64,000 bases of DNA. Origin: Adineta vaga. Lineage: Eukaryota; Animalia; Rotifera. Position numbers and translations under genes: made by a program. The stretch covers positions 2,542,001 to 2,606,000 of the forward strand of contig CP075497.1 of the NCBI GenBank assembly GCA_021613535.1. The letters run 5' to 3'. The notes beneath the pieces are model-generated. The model saw only the letters and a program-made list of their open reading frames with translations. It had not been told where the DNA came from and searched no databases. Shown here one piece after another: positions 1 to 27,339 of this stretch; positions within the stretch are counted from its first letter, which is position 1; every line of letters starts with the position of its first letter.

Positions 1-1772
1 CTTGATCCATCGATATTAGATAAGAATAATATTCGTTATCATCGAATCATTCAACATCCAAATGAATTTGTTATTTTATCAGCAGGAACTTTAACACAAA
101 GTTTTGCTGAAGATGCCAGTTTGAGTGAAACAATTCCATTTGCATTACCTAGCTGGATCGAAGATGGTCATGCAAATAATTCAATAACTGCTTGTCAATG
201 CGATATATCTCGTCGTTCGTTATTTACAACATTTGATCCAATTCTATTTCGACAAGATCTTATAGCTAAATATATTCATACATATCTTAATCCAATTGCT
301 GACAGAAAATTACATGTTTTTACAGGTTGGATATGATTCTTGTACCGAATTTTGTTAACTATTATATCGATTTTTAGGAGATAATTATATAAATAATTCA
401 GTACTGCCAACACCACAAAGTACAGATAACAATGCATTGAATGGTATGTTTTATCTTATTATAATATGAAATGTTTTTGTATTGAATGAATACGAGATAT
501 CAACATTTAATAGGAAGATAAAACGTATCTATTGTTATTTAGATGATAGTGAACTATCAACTGATGCTATATTCTGTAACACGCGACAGCAAAGTTCGAC
601 GAATTTTGACACTTCATCAACTTCATCGTTATCACCATCGGATAGTGATATCCATTATGATAATCATTTGAATCTAGTGAATGATAATAATAATCAAATG
701 GAATGTCATATCGACGAGTAAGTCATATTTGTTTATGTTGATAGGATAATTTCTAGTATAGATTTAGGTTCAATCATTTTCTGAAAACATCGACTGACAC
801 AATAACTAATGATGAACTTCTCGATTTCATTTCAAATGATTTTTTATCTAATATCGATGAACGACTAAAAGCACTTTGGCAATCAGACTCAATGACAACT
901 GATCAAAATGATAAATCTAGTTTTACTGTGAACAACCAGACTTTCTCAGACGGAGATTTAATGAATATAGTACCCTTCAATTTCAATCCTATGATATCAA
1001 CTCATACTCAAACCGATATGTCAGATGAAACGGTAAATATATCATTGTCATCATCAGCATCATCACCGTGTTCGTTCACTGATAAAACTGAAAAACATGT
1101 CAGACTAGAGCGAACGAAAAATAATCGCAAAACACTTTTTGTCTCAGGATTGAGACATACTGTAAATGCTATGGATTTGTATACACATTTTATTGGTTGT
1201 ATTAAAGTGATATTAAAGCAAGCACGTAGCACTCCAGATGTCAAGTAAATGACCGGAAATTTTCTTTTCTCTAAAATAATATTCATATTTTTCTCTATTA
1301 GATATGCTATTATAATTCATCATTCAAATCGAACAGCTGCGATTAATCTTCGACGACCCATGGATGTGAATTTATTCGGTTCGAACTGTAGAGTTGAGTA
1401 TGCCGATACCAATGCAACTCGTGATAATAGACATCAGACCTTTGACAATAACAAAATCATCGTTCGTCGGATACCAAACAATGTTAATGAAACGGATTTA
1501 CATAATTTATTTGGTTCTTGTGAAATTGTAAAATATTGTCCAGCCATTAATATACCTTTTGCATCATCGAAGAATAACAGTAAAGATTACAAAAAAATCC
1601 TATTAGGGTAAGAATAATTCTTTTTCTAAGGAAGATTTCTAATAGAAATACTTTTTCTAGGTATGCACATATTCATTTTGATAATGAGAACGATGTTGAA
1701 TATGTAATTAATCATGTTGATCAATATCAAATTGAGGGACAACAATTAACGATTGATTTATTTCGTAATTAG
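1..1772 (+). CDS. JmjC-like (KDM4-type C-terminal half, apparently degenerate) + two RRM domain protein; 5' end outside window; multi-exon
   Basis: Frame 1 from base 1 reads LDPSILDKNNIRYHRIIQHPNEFVILSAGTLTQSFAEDASLSETIPFALPSWIEDG..CQC, resembling KDM4 'ISPxxL..I.F.RI.Q..GEF..T.P.GYHAGFN.G.N..ES.NFA...W..YG...C.C'. GT-AG introns join it in frame to RRM exons (KTLFVSGL; KIIVRRIP...GYAHIHF). Stop TAG 1770-1772. Confidence 0.7.
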
Positions 1773-2900
1773 TAGAAATTAATATGCAGGGTTGTAAAAT
1801 AATGATTAACCGTTTTTTTTTCGCTTATAATAAAATGTTATGTATTTACAAAGAAATCAATATGAAACGATGTAGCCAGATACTTGAGAAGTATGATTAT
1901 TTATGTAAAACTTTGATTTTCACTGGATACATATTTATAAGAGATTAACAATCAGATGTAAATGTCAATATATCTCATAACATTTTCACTGAAATAAAAG
2001 TCCATGTCGTATCATCTATTCGAAAATACAACGAAAAAATTACATATACATCTTTTATGTAATCAATAGAAAGAAGTGTGATGTTTTAAAATATCCTTGA
2101 AAATGTATAATGAATCAGTTTCATCTATTGATAAGAAAACATATGCGTGTGTTAAATTGAAAATATTCAAAATTATGACATAACAATCAGATAACAAATC
2201 ATCATATTCGATATATAAAATCTCAATTAACAACTATTTCTTTAAAATATTATGAAGTAGTTATCTAGATTGTCTTTGATATGAATCAATGAATGTACAT
2301 AGGTGAAGCAGTCAAAAAAAGATAACAAGTCTTGTATATAGAATGTTTTTTTTAGTTACTGAATAAGGTCGACTGATCGACTGTTTTTTTCTTCTTTCTT
2401 TTCTTCATACAAACGAAAATTCTTTCGATTCGTTCGTTTCTCGAAGAAGAAGAACAGAATACGAACAATAATAAGAAAGAACAAGGTAGTTTAGGTATGT
2501 TGAAAACTTCATTTATCACTATTACCAACGCGACTACAAACATCTCACTTTTCTTCTCTTTCGACATACGTGTAAATGTGATATGATTGAAATACATTCA
2601 ACTAACTGATGTGAAACTATTTTTTTCTTTTATCGTAGACATTTCCTTCAATATTGAAATAACAAAATACAAAGAATGATATATTTTAAGTAAGTTAATA
2701 ATATAAATATATATATAAAACTCTCTCACAAATACTTGACTTTTCAAGTTATTGTATTAAAATTAGAAAGAGTTTATTTTATACCATCGTTTATTTCCCA
2801 TCTCATAAAAAAAACTCTGTATTTTATGTAGATTTTTTCGATTAACGTATTCTTGCAAGATTTACCGCGAAGATGTTTGTTGATTATTCAATGAATACAT

Positions 2901-4133
2901 ATGTCAGTACAACGGCAACGAAGCACCTCGGTATTTGCTATTGATACCAAAAGAAAAAAATCTGAATCACTTTCTTCAACGAAATTTTATTTATGGATTA
3001 AAAACTCGAAAATTCCGATATATATTGGAGTGTTTCTTACTCTTGTTACTATTGTCTTACAATGTGTTGCATTTTGGACACCACATTGGAAAGAAGTGTC
3101 TTCAAAATCGCATTCGTTATATGTCGATGGAATTGATGCATTAATTCGAAATGATGTTTTAAAATATTACAATTCTGTTCATCGTTTTACTCATCATTCA
3201 TATGGTTTATTTCAACGATGTGAATATTTTCCTACTAATTTAACAAAACAATTAGGAACTACTCATCCTATTGATTTCAATAAGAAAAAGAAAATTTGCA
3301 CGAAAAATTTCATTCCTTCCTATACAGATGAACAATTCAATCAATGTCATAGTTTACAATATTATCGATTTTGTTCCAAAGAAAATAGAAAATTTTTCAA
3401 TATTAACAGTGATTATCTTTATGCAACATTTGATATTCACTATGTTTCTCAGAAAATAAACGATTTATCGTCGTCATGCAATTGTCAGTATCCAACTTAT
3501 GTCACCGTATGTTATGTACTTGAAATCTTTGCATTAATCTTTCTATCTCTAACTGCAATACTCTTTGCTATATTTCCATTTATGAAAACTCTTCAAGGTC
3601 GTCTAACAGTTAAATGTTTCGGTGTTTTATCATCAATATTTGCAGTGATTATTATTTTTATTAATTTAATTGTTGCATTAAATCATTTCGACTATGAATC
3701 AATAGAATATTTAAAAGCTATCGAAAAACATTATAATATAAATCAAATTTATAAGTTATCTCTCGATGCGAAAGTAGCGATTGATCGATTTCTTTCAAGT
3801 ATTCGTATTCAAACTGGGTATTCAACAATTATTGCCTGGATTGCTTTTGTTTTATCAATTATCGATGGAATATTAATCATGTCCACATGTAAAGTACGAA
3901 GTACACGTGATGAGACAACTGATAATGAAGACTCAATGAATAATCGATTTTCTGGTATTGACTCAGATTCAACAATACATACAAGTAATTCGAAAAATCA
4001 AGAATTTCAACCAACAACAAATTTATCAACAGAACAAGAATGTTTTCGACTGTTACCACCTACTATTACGATTACTGATGTTGATAAGCAGACATGTACT
4101 CCACATCGACTTCGTTTTGCTGATGGAACGTAA
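2901..4133 (+). CDS. Claudin/PMP22-superfamily four-TM protein, single coding exon
   Basis: 410 aa ORF with four hydrophobic segments. W...GLF..C signature (TPHW...YGLFQRC) in loop 1, and GYS..IAW before TM4. Confidence 0.7.
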   Translation: MSVQRQRSTSVFAIDTKRKKSESLSSTKFYLWIKNSKIPIYIGVFLTLVTIVLQCVAFWTPHWKEVSSKSHSLYVDGIDALIRNDVLKYYNSVHRFTHHSYGLFQRCEYFPTNLTKQLGTTHPIDFNKKKKICTKNFIPSYTDEQFNQCHSLQYYRFCSKENRKFFNINSDYLYATFDIHYVSQKINDLSSSCNCQYPTYVTVCYVLEIFALIFLSLTAILFAIFPFMKTLQGRLTVKCFGVLSSIFAVIIIFINLIVALNHFDYESIEYLKAIEKHYNINQIYKLSLDAKVAIDRFLSSIRIQTGYSTIIAWIAFVLSIIDGILIMSTCKVRSTRDETTDNEDSMNNRFSGIDSDSTIHTSNSKNQEFQPTTNLSTEQECFRLLPPTITITDVDKQTCTPHRLRFADGT

Positions 4134-4273
4134 AACATTTTTTCAGTTCTTAGAGAATTAGATATTTATTGAAGTTTTATTCTTCAAACTTTTTTCTTTC
4201 CTTTCCATTTACTCATTTTTATTTCCATGAATTTTCAAAAACAAAATAGAGAGAGAGAGAGTGAAGGTTCTGT

Positions 4274-4860
4274 TCAATCAAATCGATAACGTTTGTCAAA
4301 ACGATATCGTTTATTAATACCATCGAAATCTGATCGTTTGTCAAATCGATAACGTTTATCAAAACGATATCGTTTATTCAAATTTAATGAATGAGCATTG
4401 TCGTTGTCATGTTCGTTGGATTCGGTACTATCGAGTGTTGCTATGAGATCTTTCTTATCAAATCGATAACGTTTATTCATTTCAAGAGAATTGCCTTCCG
4501 AATTTACAGCAGAACTTTCCGTACAAACGAATAACAGTTGACTGCCAATCTAGAAAAATAGAAAATAAATTCAAACTAAACAGGAAATAATGAAACAATA
4601 TCGGAACACTTTTGTAATAAATAATAAACTAAGCTTGGGGCTTAAATTCTATCGAGCTTGTGACATTTCTTTGCAAAATTCTCCGTTACACCTACTAAAT
4701 TGACATAGATTAATAGGAACTTTGCTATGTGAATAGAGATTTGATAAGAAAATAAAGTTTTAAGAATTCGTTACGTTTTTGGAAAACATAAAATCATTGA
4801 ACGATTACTTACAATAACGATGGCGAAAAGAAAGAAGAAATTGCTTTGGACGAGTGTCAT
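4274..4860 (-). CDS. Neuropeptide precursor (signal peptide + 5 x YRFD + SDFDGIN), 2 exons, ~107 aa
   Basis: Exon 1 4860-4813 MTLVQSNFFFLFAIVI|GTAAGT; acceptor CTAG at 4550; exon 2 4549-4274 IGSQLLFVCTES...NKRYRFDKK...NKRYRFDKRYRFDKRSDFDGINKRYRFDKRYRFD*. Dibasic KR/KK sites flank the repeats. Confidence 0.85.
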
Positions 4861-5479
4861 TTTATTTCTAATTATTCGAAGATTTGTAAAATAAATTGAA
4901 GATAATTGTTAGTTGGCTTGGATTTGAATAGTAGGCGTTGATCGTCAACCTCTTTGTTCCTCCTGATATTATTGTTCTCAATGTGAAACACTATCACAAT
5001 AAAGCAACAAAAATATATATGACGAGCCAAAAAGAGAGAACTGAGTATTTCCGGATCTCTCTCTCTCTCTCTCTCTACGCGAAAGAAAAGAGAAAGAAAA
5101 AAAGAAATTTCCGTTCACATGATATGTATTCTCTAACATAGTTTGTCAGTAAAATCATCGGACGATTAGTACTATTGACAGATCGTGTTTAAGACTCGTC
5201 ACGTCTTATTAAACAATGTCATCATTTTTCACGCATGGATATCTATTGAATTTATCAAAAAAAAACAACAAGAAATCGATTCTTTAACAAAATCAAACCA
5301 AGATAAATCACTGAATAACACGAAATCTTATCATTGACATTTTTCTCTTCTCATGTCATGATAAACATAATGACACAAATATTACAAACGTTAAGAAATA
5401 GAAAAAATATTTTTATTTTGATAAGAATTCTTTGGAGAAAGAACAGTGTCATGTTGAGATCATTTATTTGACTTATTCC

Positions 5480-6175
5480 CGACATTGAAAATGCACCGTA
5501 TGATAATCCAATCATGAAAGGAACTGAAATAAACGAATAGAATCAGTATTCCATTTGTTTCTTGTTGAGCAACACTTTAAGGGACAGATAATTATTCTTA
5601 ATGTCCAATTGATAGAACATGTGATTGTAATCCACTGATTTTGATTGATTATTGCATCGGATCTACTGGACCTTTCCAACGACTTTGACATATTTATGGA
5701 GTCTAACAAACATATATAAATACTGAAAAGTTATCAGATGATAATATCTTTCTTTTGATTATTATTCCGATGAGGTAGTCTATAATTGCACTCAAAAAAT
5801 ATTTTCACAAAAATAACAACAACAATATTGACAAATCACTTGAAAAGTAATAAGAATATATTAGCTTCCGTATGAAACAGCAAAGAAAGGTTAAGAAGGA
5901 AGTTTGGAGATTATTCTTGCCTTCGGTTAGCTATCAATGTGAAGAAGTATATATATATATATATATTACACATGGATGTGTATGTTGTTGATCGATATTC
6001 AGTTACTCATTTCCGTAGTTAACTTGTTTTATTATTGATTTACACAAGAGATATGAAATTGTAGATGCTTCATAGTCGATCTGGATTAGAGCAAGACTAA
6101 CAGAATGAAATTCAATAATAAGAGCAGATGAGATGATGAGGATGACAAAGAAAATTATATCTATACAAATAGAAC
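5480..6175 (-). pseudogene. Decayed collinear duplicate of the DYNC2H1 3' end (pieces of last exons plus the long intron 8941-9273)
   Basis: Blocks match 8390-9270 in the same order: TATTGCATCGGATCTA.TGGACCTT (5650 vs 8888), CTTGAAAAGTAATAAGAATATATTAG.TTCCGTATGAAACAG (5839 vs 9034), GGAAGTTTGGAGAT.ATTCTTGCC, AGTTACTCATTTCCGTA. Large internal deletions remove most exon sequence. Confidence 0.85.
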
Positions 6176-7553
6176 CTGGAAGTTGAATTCAAGTGAAGTT
6201 TTCAATAAAAATGCCACTACATAATTTAAAAATGATGATTTATTCAAGGCTAAAATATTTTTCTAACTAAGGTCATTGAAGACGCAGAAGCTGAAAATGA
6301 AAAGAAATGAAAGAAGACGTCATCGATGACTGGACTAGTATTAAACCATGGTGTTTAGTAGTTTAAAGTGTGTAACATAAATTCATATCGTTGTCATTCC
6401 TTGATACAGGTTTTTACCGGTCTTTTTCTTATTCGACTTTTTTTCTGTATTCGGCGCGTATACGTTTGAATAAACCAAAAAGAATTCCAATAGATTTCAA
6501 AACATCTTTGGTATGTGACAATTCACTCTTATTAGATTTATTCAATGGATCATTCTATTTGTGTTTACACAGCGACAATTAAAACTACTGATTGAAAAAT
6601 GCTACATTTACAATTGTATGACTTTCAAGACCTTTCGCGCATTCGGATTTAATCTAGAGTGTTGATTTGAGTGTTAAATTAACTTGATCTCTATACCCCG
6701 AGGTTAATAATTCATTTTGAAATTACTAGAAAATAGTGAACTATGTATATATCATCTCTTCATTAATATTAAAACTAAAAAAAACACTCAAGAACTTTAG
6801 AAACGCTTGGTTTCATATTAATCATATAATTTCATGAAACTGTATTCAGGATTGAGAATTTCTACTTCGAGTTTCCTATTGATATCTTAAGTATTTTAAT
6901 TAAAAAATCCTTTTCTTGAGACTCCTGGATTGATTTCGCAGACTAAATTCATCTAAATATTGTATTCGAAAGATTATTATTTCCAATCATTTAACTTTCT
7001 TTGCGTGTTCATAAATTAGCATCGATCAAATATATTTGATACAATCCATATAAGTCATTTTAATCGTCTCATTTCCCTCATATCTTTTTTGTCAATCATA
7101 AAGAACCTCGAAACAACAAGTCGTTTGCAATTCTCTTGTATACACACATTATAGAACATCACTTTATCATCGTTGAAGTAAAATATATATTCACTCTCGA
7201 TTAACAATTATAGTTTATATGATGATAATTATATCCAACCTAAAGTTCAAATTATTCACAATCAATTAAGTTTATTTGATTTCTTTCGTTTACTTTTTAT
7301 CAGAAGAAAAATAAGAGTTCGTGAGCACGAAAGGGCATGGTCTACACGCACATGATGAAATGCGAACTATGCCAGAAGAAGTCATCAGGATTATAGAAAT
7401 TGTAATCTTGAGTCATGTTATTTAAAGAATATTAATCTTGTTTAATGTTAAGGGTGTGGATGAGGAAACCTAAAAGAAGAAGAAGAAGATGACACACTCA
7501 CCTTCTAGTTTATTATCACCAAAATAGTACGCCCGGAGGTCAATCAGTAAACC

Positions 7554-7618
7554 AAATTCGCAGTTGCGCATAGTTGCGTCGCAGCTTACTGCAATTATGC
7601 GCGACTACAGCGCAATTT
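7554..7618. repeat. GC-rich inverted repeat / hairpin
   Basis: AGTTGCGCATAGTTGCG (7562-7578) pairs with TGCAATTATGCGCGACT (7590-7606): 17 bp stem with three G-U pairs on the + strand, 11 nt loop. Confidence 0.8.
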
Positions 7619-7629
7619 GATTCGAAATT

Positions 7630-7920
7630 AAACCTATTGATAACCGAGTTTTTCAATTGTACAATGTTAATACATTTTCATCCTCGAAGTTCTTTTTCAA
7701 GAATATTATAAACATATTCTATGCAACCAATGTAAACCAATTTTTCAACACAATCTTTTGGTTCAATTCAATTATGATAAACGGCATTCAAAACTACTTG
7801 TGTTCGTTGATTAAGAGCTTGACCATCTTCAATGATCACACCCTATAAGTTATCAAATTTTCACCCCATTACTTTTTCTAAAATAGTTCCAATAGAATCT
7901 GCGTATCATTTATCCCGAAA
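7630..7920 (-). mobile_element. Degenerate Tc1/mariner-like transposase remnant (C-terminal DDE region)
   Basis: One frame with several stops: ..YADSIGTIL..GVIIEDGQALNQRTQVVL..IEPKDCVEKLVYIGCIEYVYNILEKELRG*KCINIVQLKN. Resembles the Tc1-type 'FQDD.A..HR' and 'D.xPIENVWxILK' motifs. Confidence 0.45.
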
Positions 7921-8322
7921 ATATGTTGACGATTACAGTTTTCATGAATTAGTTTGTTATAAATTAAAAACAAACGAGTAAAATTCCTTTTTTTTTCTTC
8001 AGCCAACATTCTGCATTGTTTCAATAGTAATTAACTATAATGCCTTGTGCAGTAACAAAAATATATCGACAAAAGAAAAATCTTTCTAAAATTTTCGAAA
8101 CATATCACAGTATTTTTTCTGTGTTCCACCAGAAGGATTAGTCATAGACCTCAAATCTTCTGATAATGTAACGCTAACTATGTGAAAGTTTTGAAAATTT
8201 CAAAAACAATGTCAACACTTCTGGAATATCTCTTGTTTTCCCTTTTCATATTTCACAATAAACATAGTGACATAAGCATTACAAACATTTATAAATAGAA
8301 CAAATCTGTTCGAAATTTGAGT

Positions 8323-24316
<15,994 letters not shown>

Positions 24317-24894
24317 GTTTGATATATAAAGAAAATTTTGTTCAGATTTTTGCAGCTGATTTATTTCATAGAAAGCGAACGTGTTTTTGTCATTGCTTAG
24401 TAACATACATAGCTATTGATGTGATGGACTAGCGACATCTATTGCTCATTCTTAATTGAATAATACTAATAATAATTGAGATTATTTTAAGAATGAAAGA
24501 ATATTTTCGGTGATTTGGAAATATGAGTTTTAAGCCATAGCTATTATCATATATTTCCCCACGAGGACGACATTCAAGAAATCAAAAGAATAAAGAGGCA
24601 GTTACTTGATTTTCTATGTTCTTTTAAGAAATCCGTGTGTAACTCGTTGCTGTTCGATGATATATTGAAGTTCCAATAGTAATGATACTAGTGGCATAAT
24701 CAGAATTTTTCAAATGACTATTTTTAATAACAAGGGGTGGGTCAGGTGAAACTAGCCTCTCAGTATTTCGGATAGTGACGATGGACAAACATATGATAGA
24801 TGCAATTGAATTAAGGGAGAAGCGTGACTTCGAGTTTTAAATACTTCATCTATATCCTCGACTATTCATTCAAGTAGGTTTAATAAAAGTACTG

Positions 24895-25533
24895 ATGATT
24901 TATTCAATAAGTATACTATCACCTAACCAGTTTACTCTTGATCAATGTAATTTAACTTATATAGGAAGTTCTTGCAATATTTCAAAAAACTTTTACAATA
25001 TTCAATCGTATCAAAATAACAGAACGTGTATCAATAATTCTAGTATTCTTTATGAATATTCTTGTATGTGTCTATCTCATTTGAATGGTAGCAATTATGA
25101 ATATGATCATCAACTGTGTAAAGCAGACAGTTGTCCCTATAATAGTATTTCTCTACAGATAAACCATGATATAAATATCAATCTATTTTTAGGTATATGT
25201 ATGGAAATAGACAGAACAAATTTCTATTGTAATTCTAATGAATACTTGATTATAAATATGCATGGCTTTATGGAACTTCTGGACGTGATTGTGAAGAAAA
25301 AGAGAGTAGTCTTATTGTTCATCAATATGTTGTCAAAAGTTATGCATATATTGCTATTCGTGCTATCTCATTAGTTATTGTTTTTATCGTGGTTTTCGAT
25401 GTATTAAAATATTTATTTCGAATGGATGTAAGTGGGAAAGAACGTGAACATATTCGATATAAGAATTATGAAAAGAAAGTAGACGATTTAAAAAAGACCT
25501 GAGATGAAAACTATATTAATTCGAACGTCATAG
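24895..25533 (+). pseudogene. Decayed EGF-repeat single-pass membrane protein
   Basis: EGF-like Cys spacing with several Cys lost (CNLTYIGSSC..NNRTCINN..YSCMCLSHLNGSNYE). A frameshifted continuation reads SGRDCEE...SYAYIAIRAISLVIVFIVVFDVLKYLF (TM) plus a basic tail. Confidence 0.6.
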
Positions 25534-25699
25534 GTTTAAAGATTTCTCACAGTTCTTATTTAATGAGTAACTTCTGAATCTATTTATTGTACTGTGATTA
25601 AATTTCAATTAAATATTTTTATCTTGATTTTTCTTTGTACATAAATACGTGTTCGATTGTGCTGTGGTTGTAACGAAGATGAAAGCTTAGGATATAATA

Positions 25700-25998
25700 A
25701 TAACCAATTCAGATCAAGCGGCAAGAATTCTTAGGGAAACGATGGTTCCTGTAGAACGGAACTGTCTTTTCGAGAATAACTTACTTGAAAAATAATGAAA
25801 AAAGAAATTTTTCGTTGATGAAAAATCATATTTTGGAATTTTTTCGAATACGAAAGTTCCAATTCGTTTCCGGCTGCCCGTATCTGTCACGGAAACAATC
25901 GGAAGGACCTCAGAAAATCGGTTCACTTCCAGCTGGACTACTGCTTCCATGTTTTGACGGGAACAGCTGCGGTTCTGGTCCGTACGACCCAATCTGGG
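25700..25998. repeat. GC-elevated non-coding element ending in ..CTGGG; probable non-autonomous DNA transposon fragment
   Basis: Abrupt rise in GC/CpG content and no credible protein. A second GC-rich fragment at ~26575-26676 also ends ..CCTGGG. Confidence 0.3.
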
Positions 25999-26214
25999 AA
26001 ACAACTTAAAGCAAATACCATTTATATAATTTTTCTTAAAAGACTATTCAGTTTTTAAGTATTAGATATATCCTGTACAGAAACAGCGTGGAAGAAAACA
26101 GTTCAAATTGAAGCAACTATTTTTCTATAATTCATCGTATATACTTTCATTTTTTTTCATTTTTTTAATAGATAGACTCAAAATTATATATAATATCGCT
26201 ACAAGAGTTTGAAA

Positions 26215-26560
26215 ATGTCACAATTCGAAGAAATTATTAATCTACTCGATGACGAAATAATAGTTTACGTGAAACGATTTCAATTAATTCGCTTTCTTGT
26301 ATGTCATTCGTCGATAAGATTTATATACATTGGATTATCACACTTATCTTACTGAACTTTGTTCAAAGTTACATAATAATTGGTACTTAGGCTGTTGCTC
26401 AAAGTCGATTGATCAATGTAAATGGCGAAGTCGAACATGTAAGTCATCTTGTTCTGTACGCAAAGATACTTTCTTTTCGGGAAGCAAACTAAAATTACAA
26501 CAAATATTAGATTTAATGATGTATCAGTATCAGGGTTTAGATTCTCATAAGTTCATTAAA
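26215..26560 (+). mobile_element. Merlin/IS1595(ISXO2)-like transposase N-terminal remnant
   Basis: KWRSRTCKSSCSVRKDTFFSGSKLKLQQILDLMMY matches the Merlin-type 'WRC..C....SIR..SFF..SKL.L..IL.L.Y.W' segment; truncated, no DDE domain. Confidence 0.6.
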
Positions 26561-26947
26561 GTATGTTCGCTATAAACAAGCGCCCTCTTTTTATCAGCCG
26601 TTCCATGCTCTATTCGATACGACGCCGGAAACGGTGCTCGGAACTATCGACCTGGGACCATTTCACAGCTATAAAAGCAAATTTCAGTCAGTGTTGTATT
26701 CATATCGTTGATCATCTGTTGTACTATTTAAAAGGGAAAACGAATCGTGACATTGTTCATTTCGGTAGAGTGAGCTAACGACAAAATTTTTGTTTCTTTT
26801 CATGAGTTGACGGTCGTTTATGTGAAATTCAAAGAAAGAATAAACAAATTAGCACCCGTCCGCATCAGATGTATACACAACTGTATCTACCTATATATTT
26901 ATTGCTCACAGTGTTCATAGTTGTTATTATCTATTCAAACCTATAGG

Positions 26948-27268
26948 ATGTGTCGTGTTCCATTAGGAAAAGAAGTACGAGACGTAAGTAAAATTTACTT
27001 TTTACTATGCGCAGCTTTCGATACCCAAAGATTTATGATGAAATAATATTTGAATTTATCTTAATAAAATGTTTGTTTATTTTAACGATGGCGTGCTTTC
27101 GCTCCACCACCACCTCCAGCGACAACAACAATTCCACCATCGACAACAAACTCGCCACATCCTCAAGATGCTAAATTTGGGTGGCCGAATAGTCGGCTTT
27201 TTCTGTTTTTTTCTGGCGTCAGTGTTTTTCTTAACGTGGCACTATTAGCTGCATTAATGAAAAAATAG
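26948..27268 (+). pseudogene. Small Pro-rich tail-anchored protein gene, copy 1 (splice acceptor reads AA instead of AG)
   Basis: Exon MCRVPLGKEVRD|GTAAGT (26948-26983). Exon 27086-27268 RWRAFAPPPPPATTTIPP...SRLFLFFSGVSVFLNVALLAALMKK*. It is preceded by TTTATTTTAA where copy 2 has TTTATTTTAG. Confidence 0.55.
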
Positions 27269-27339
27269 ATTTTTGTTTTTTTTGTATTAAAAATAAATTG
27301 AAATAGAATAGAGATTTCTTTTCGATGTGTTAGATGAAT

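Noticed and set aside
4277-4480. Short repeated units resembling a CRISPR-like array
   Set aside because: The repeats are in-frame KRYRFD coding units of a eukaryotic prepropeptide; no unique spacers or cas genes.
6240-7200. Possible decayed coding sequence on the minus strand
   Set aside because: Only short broken frames; no family could be recognised.
24317-24449. N-terminal extension of dynein (ORF 24104-24406) and a 6-codon uORF
   Set aside because: Similarity to dynein-2 begins at MPEDTRK (24316), and short upstream ORFs are expected by chance in AT-rich DNA.
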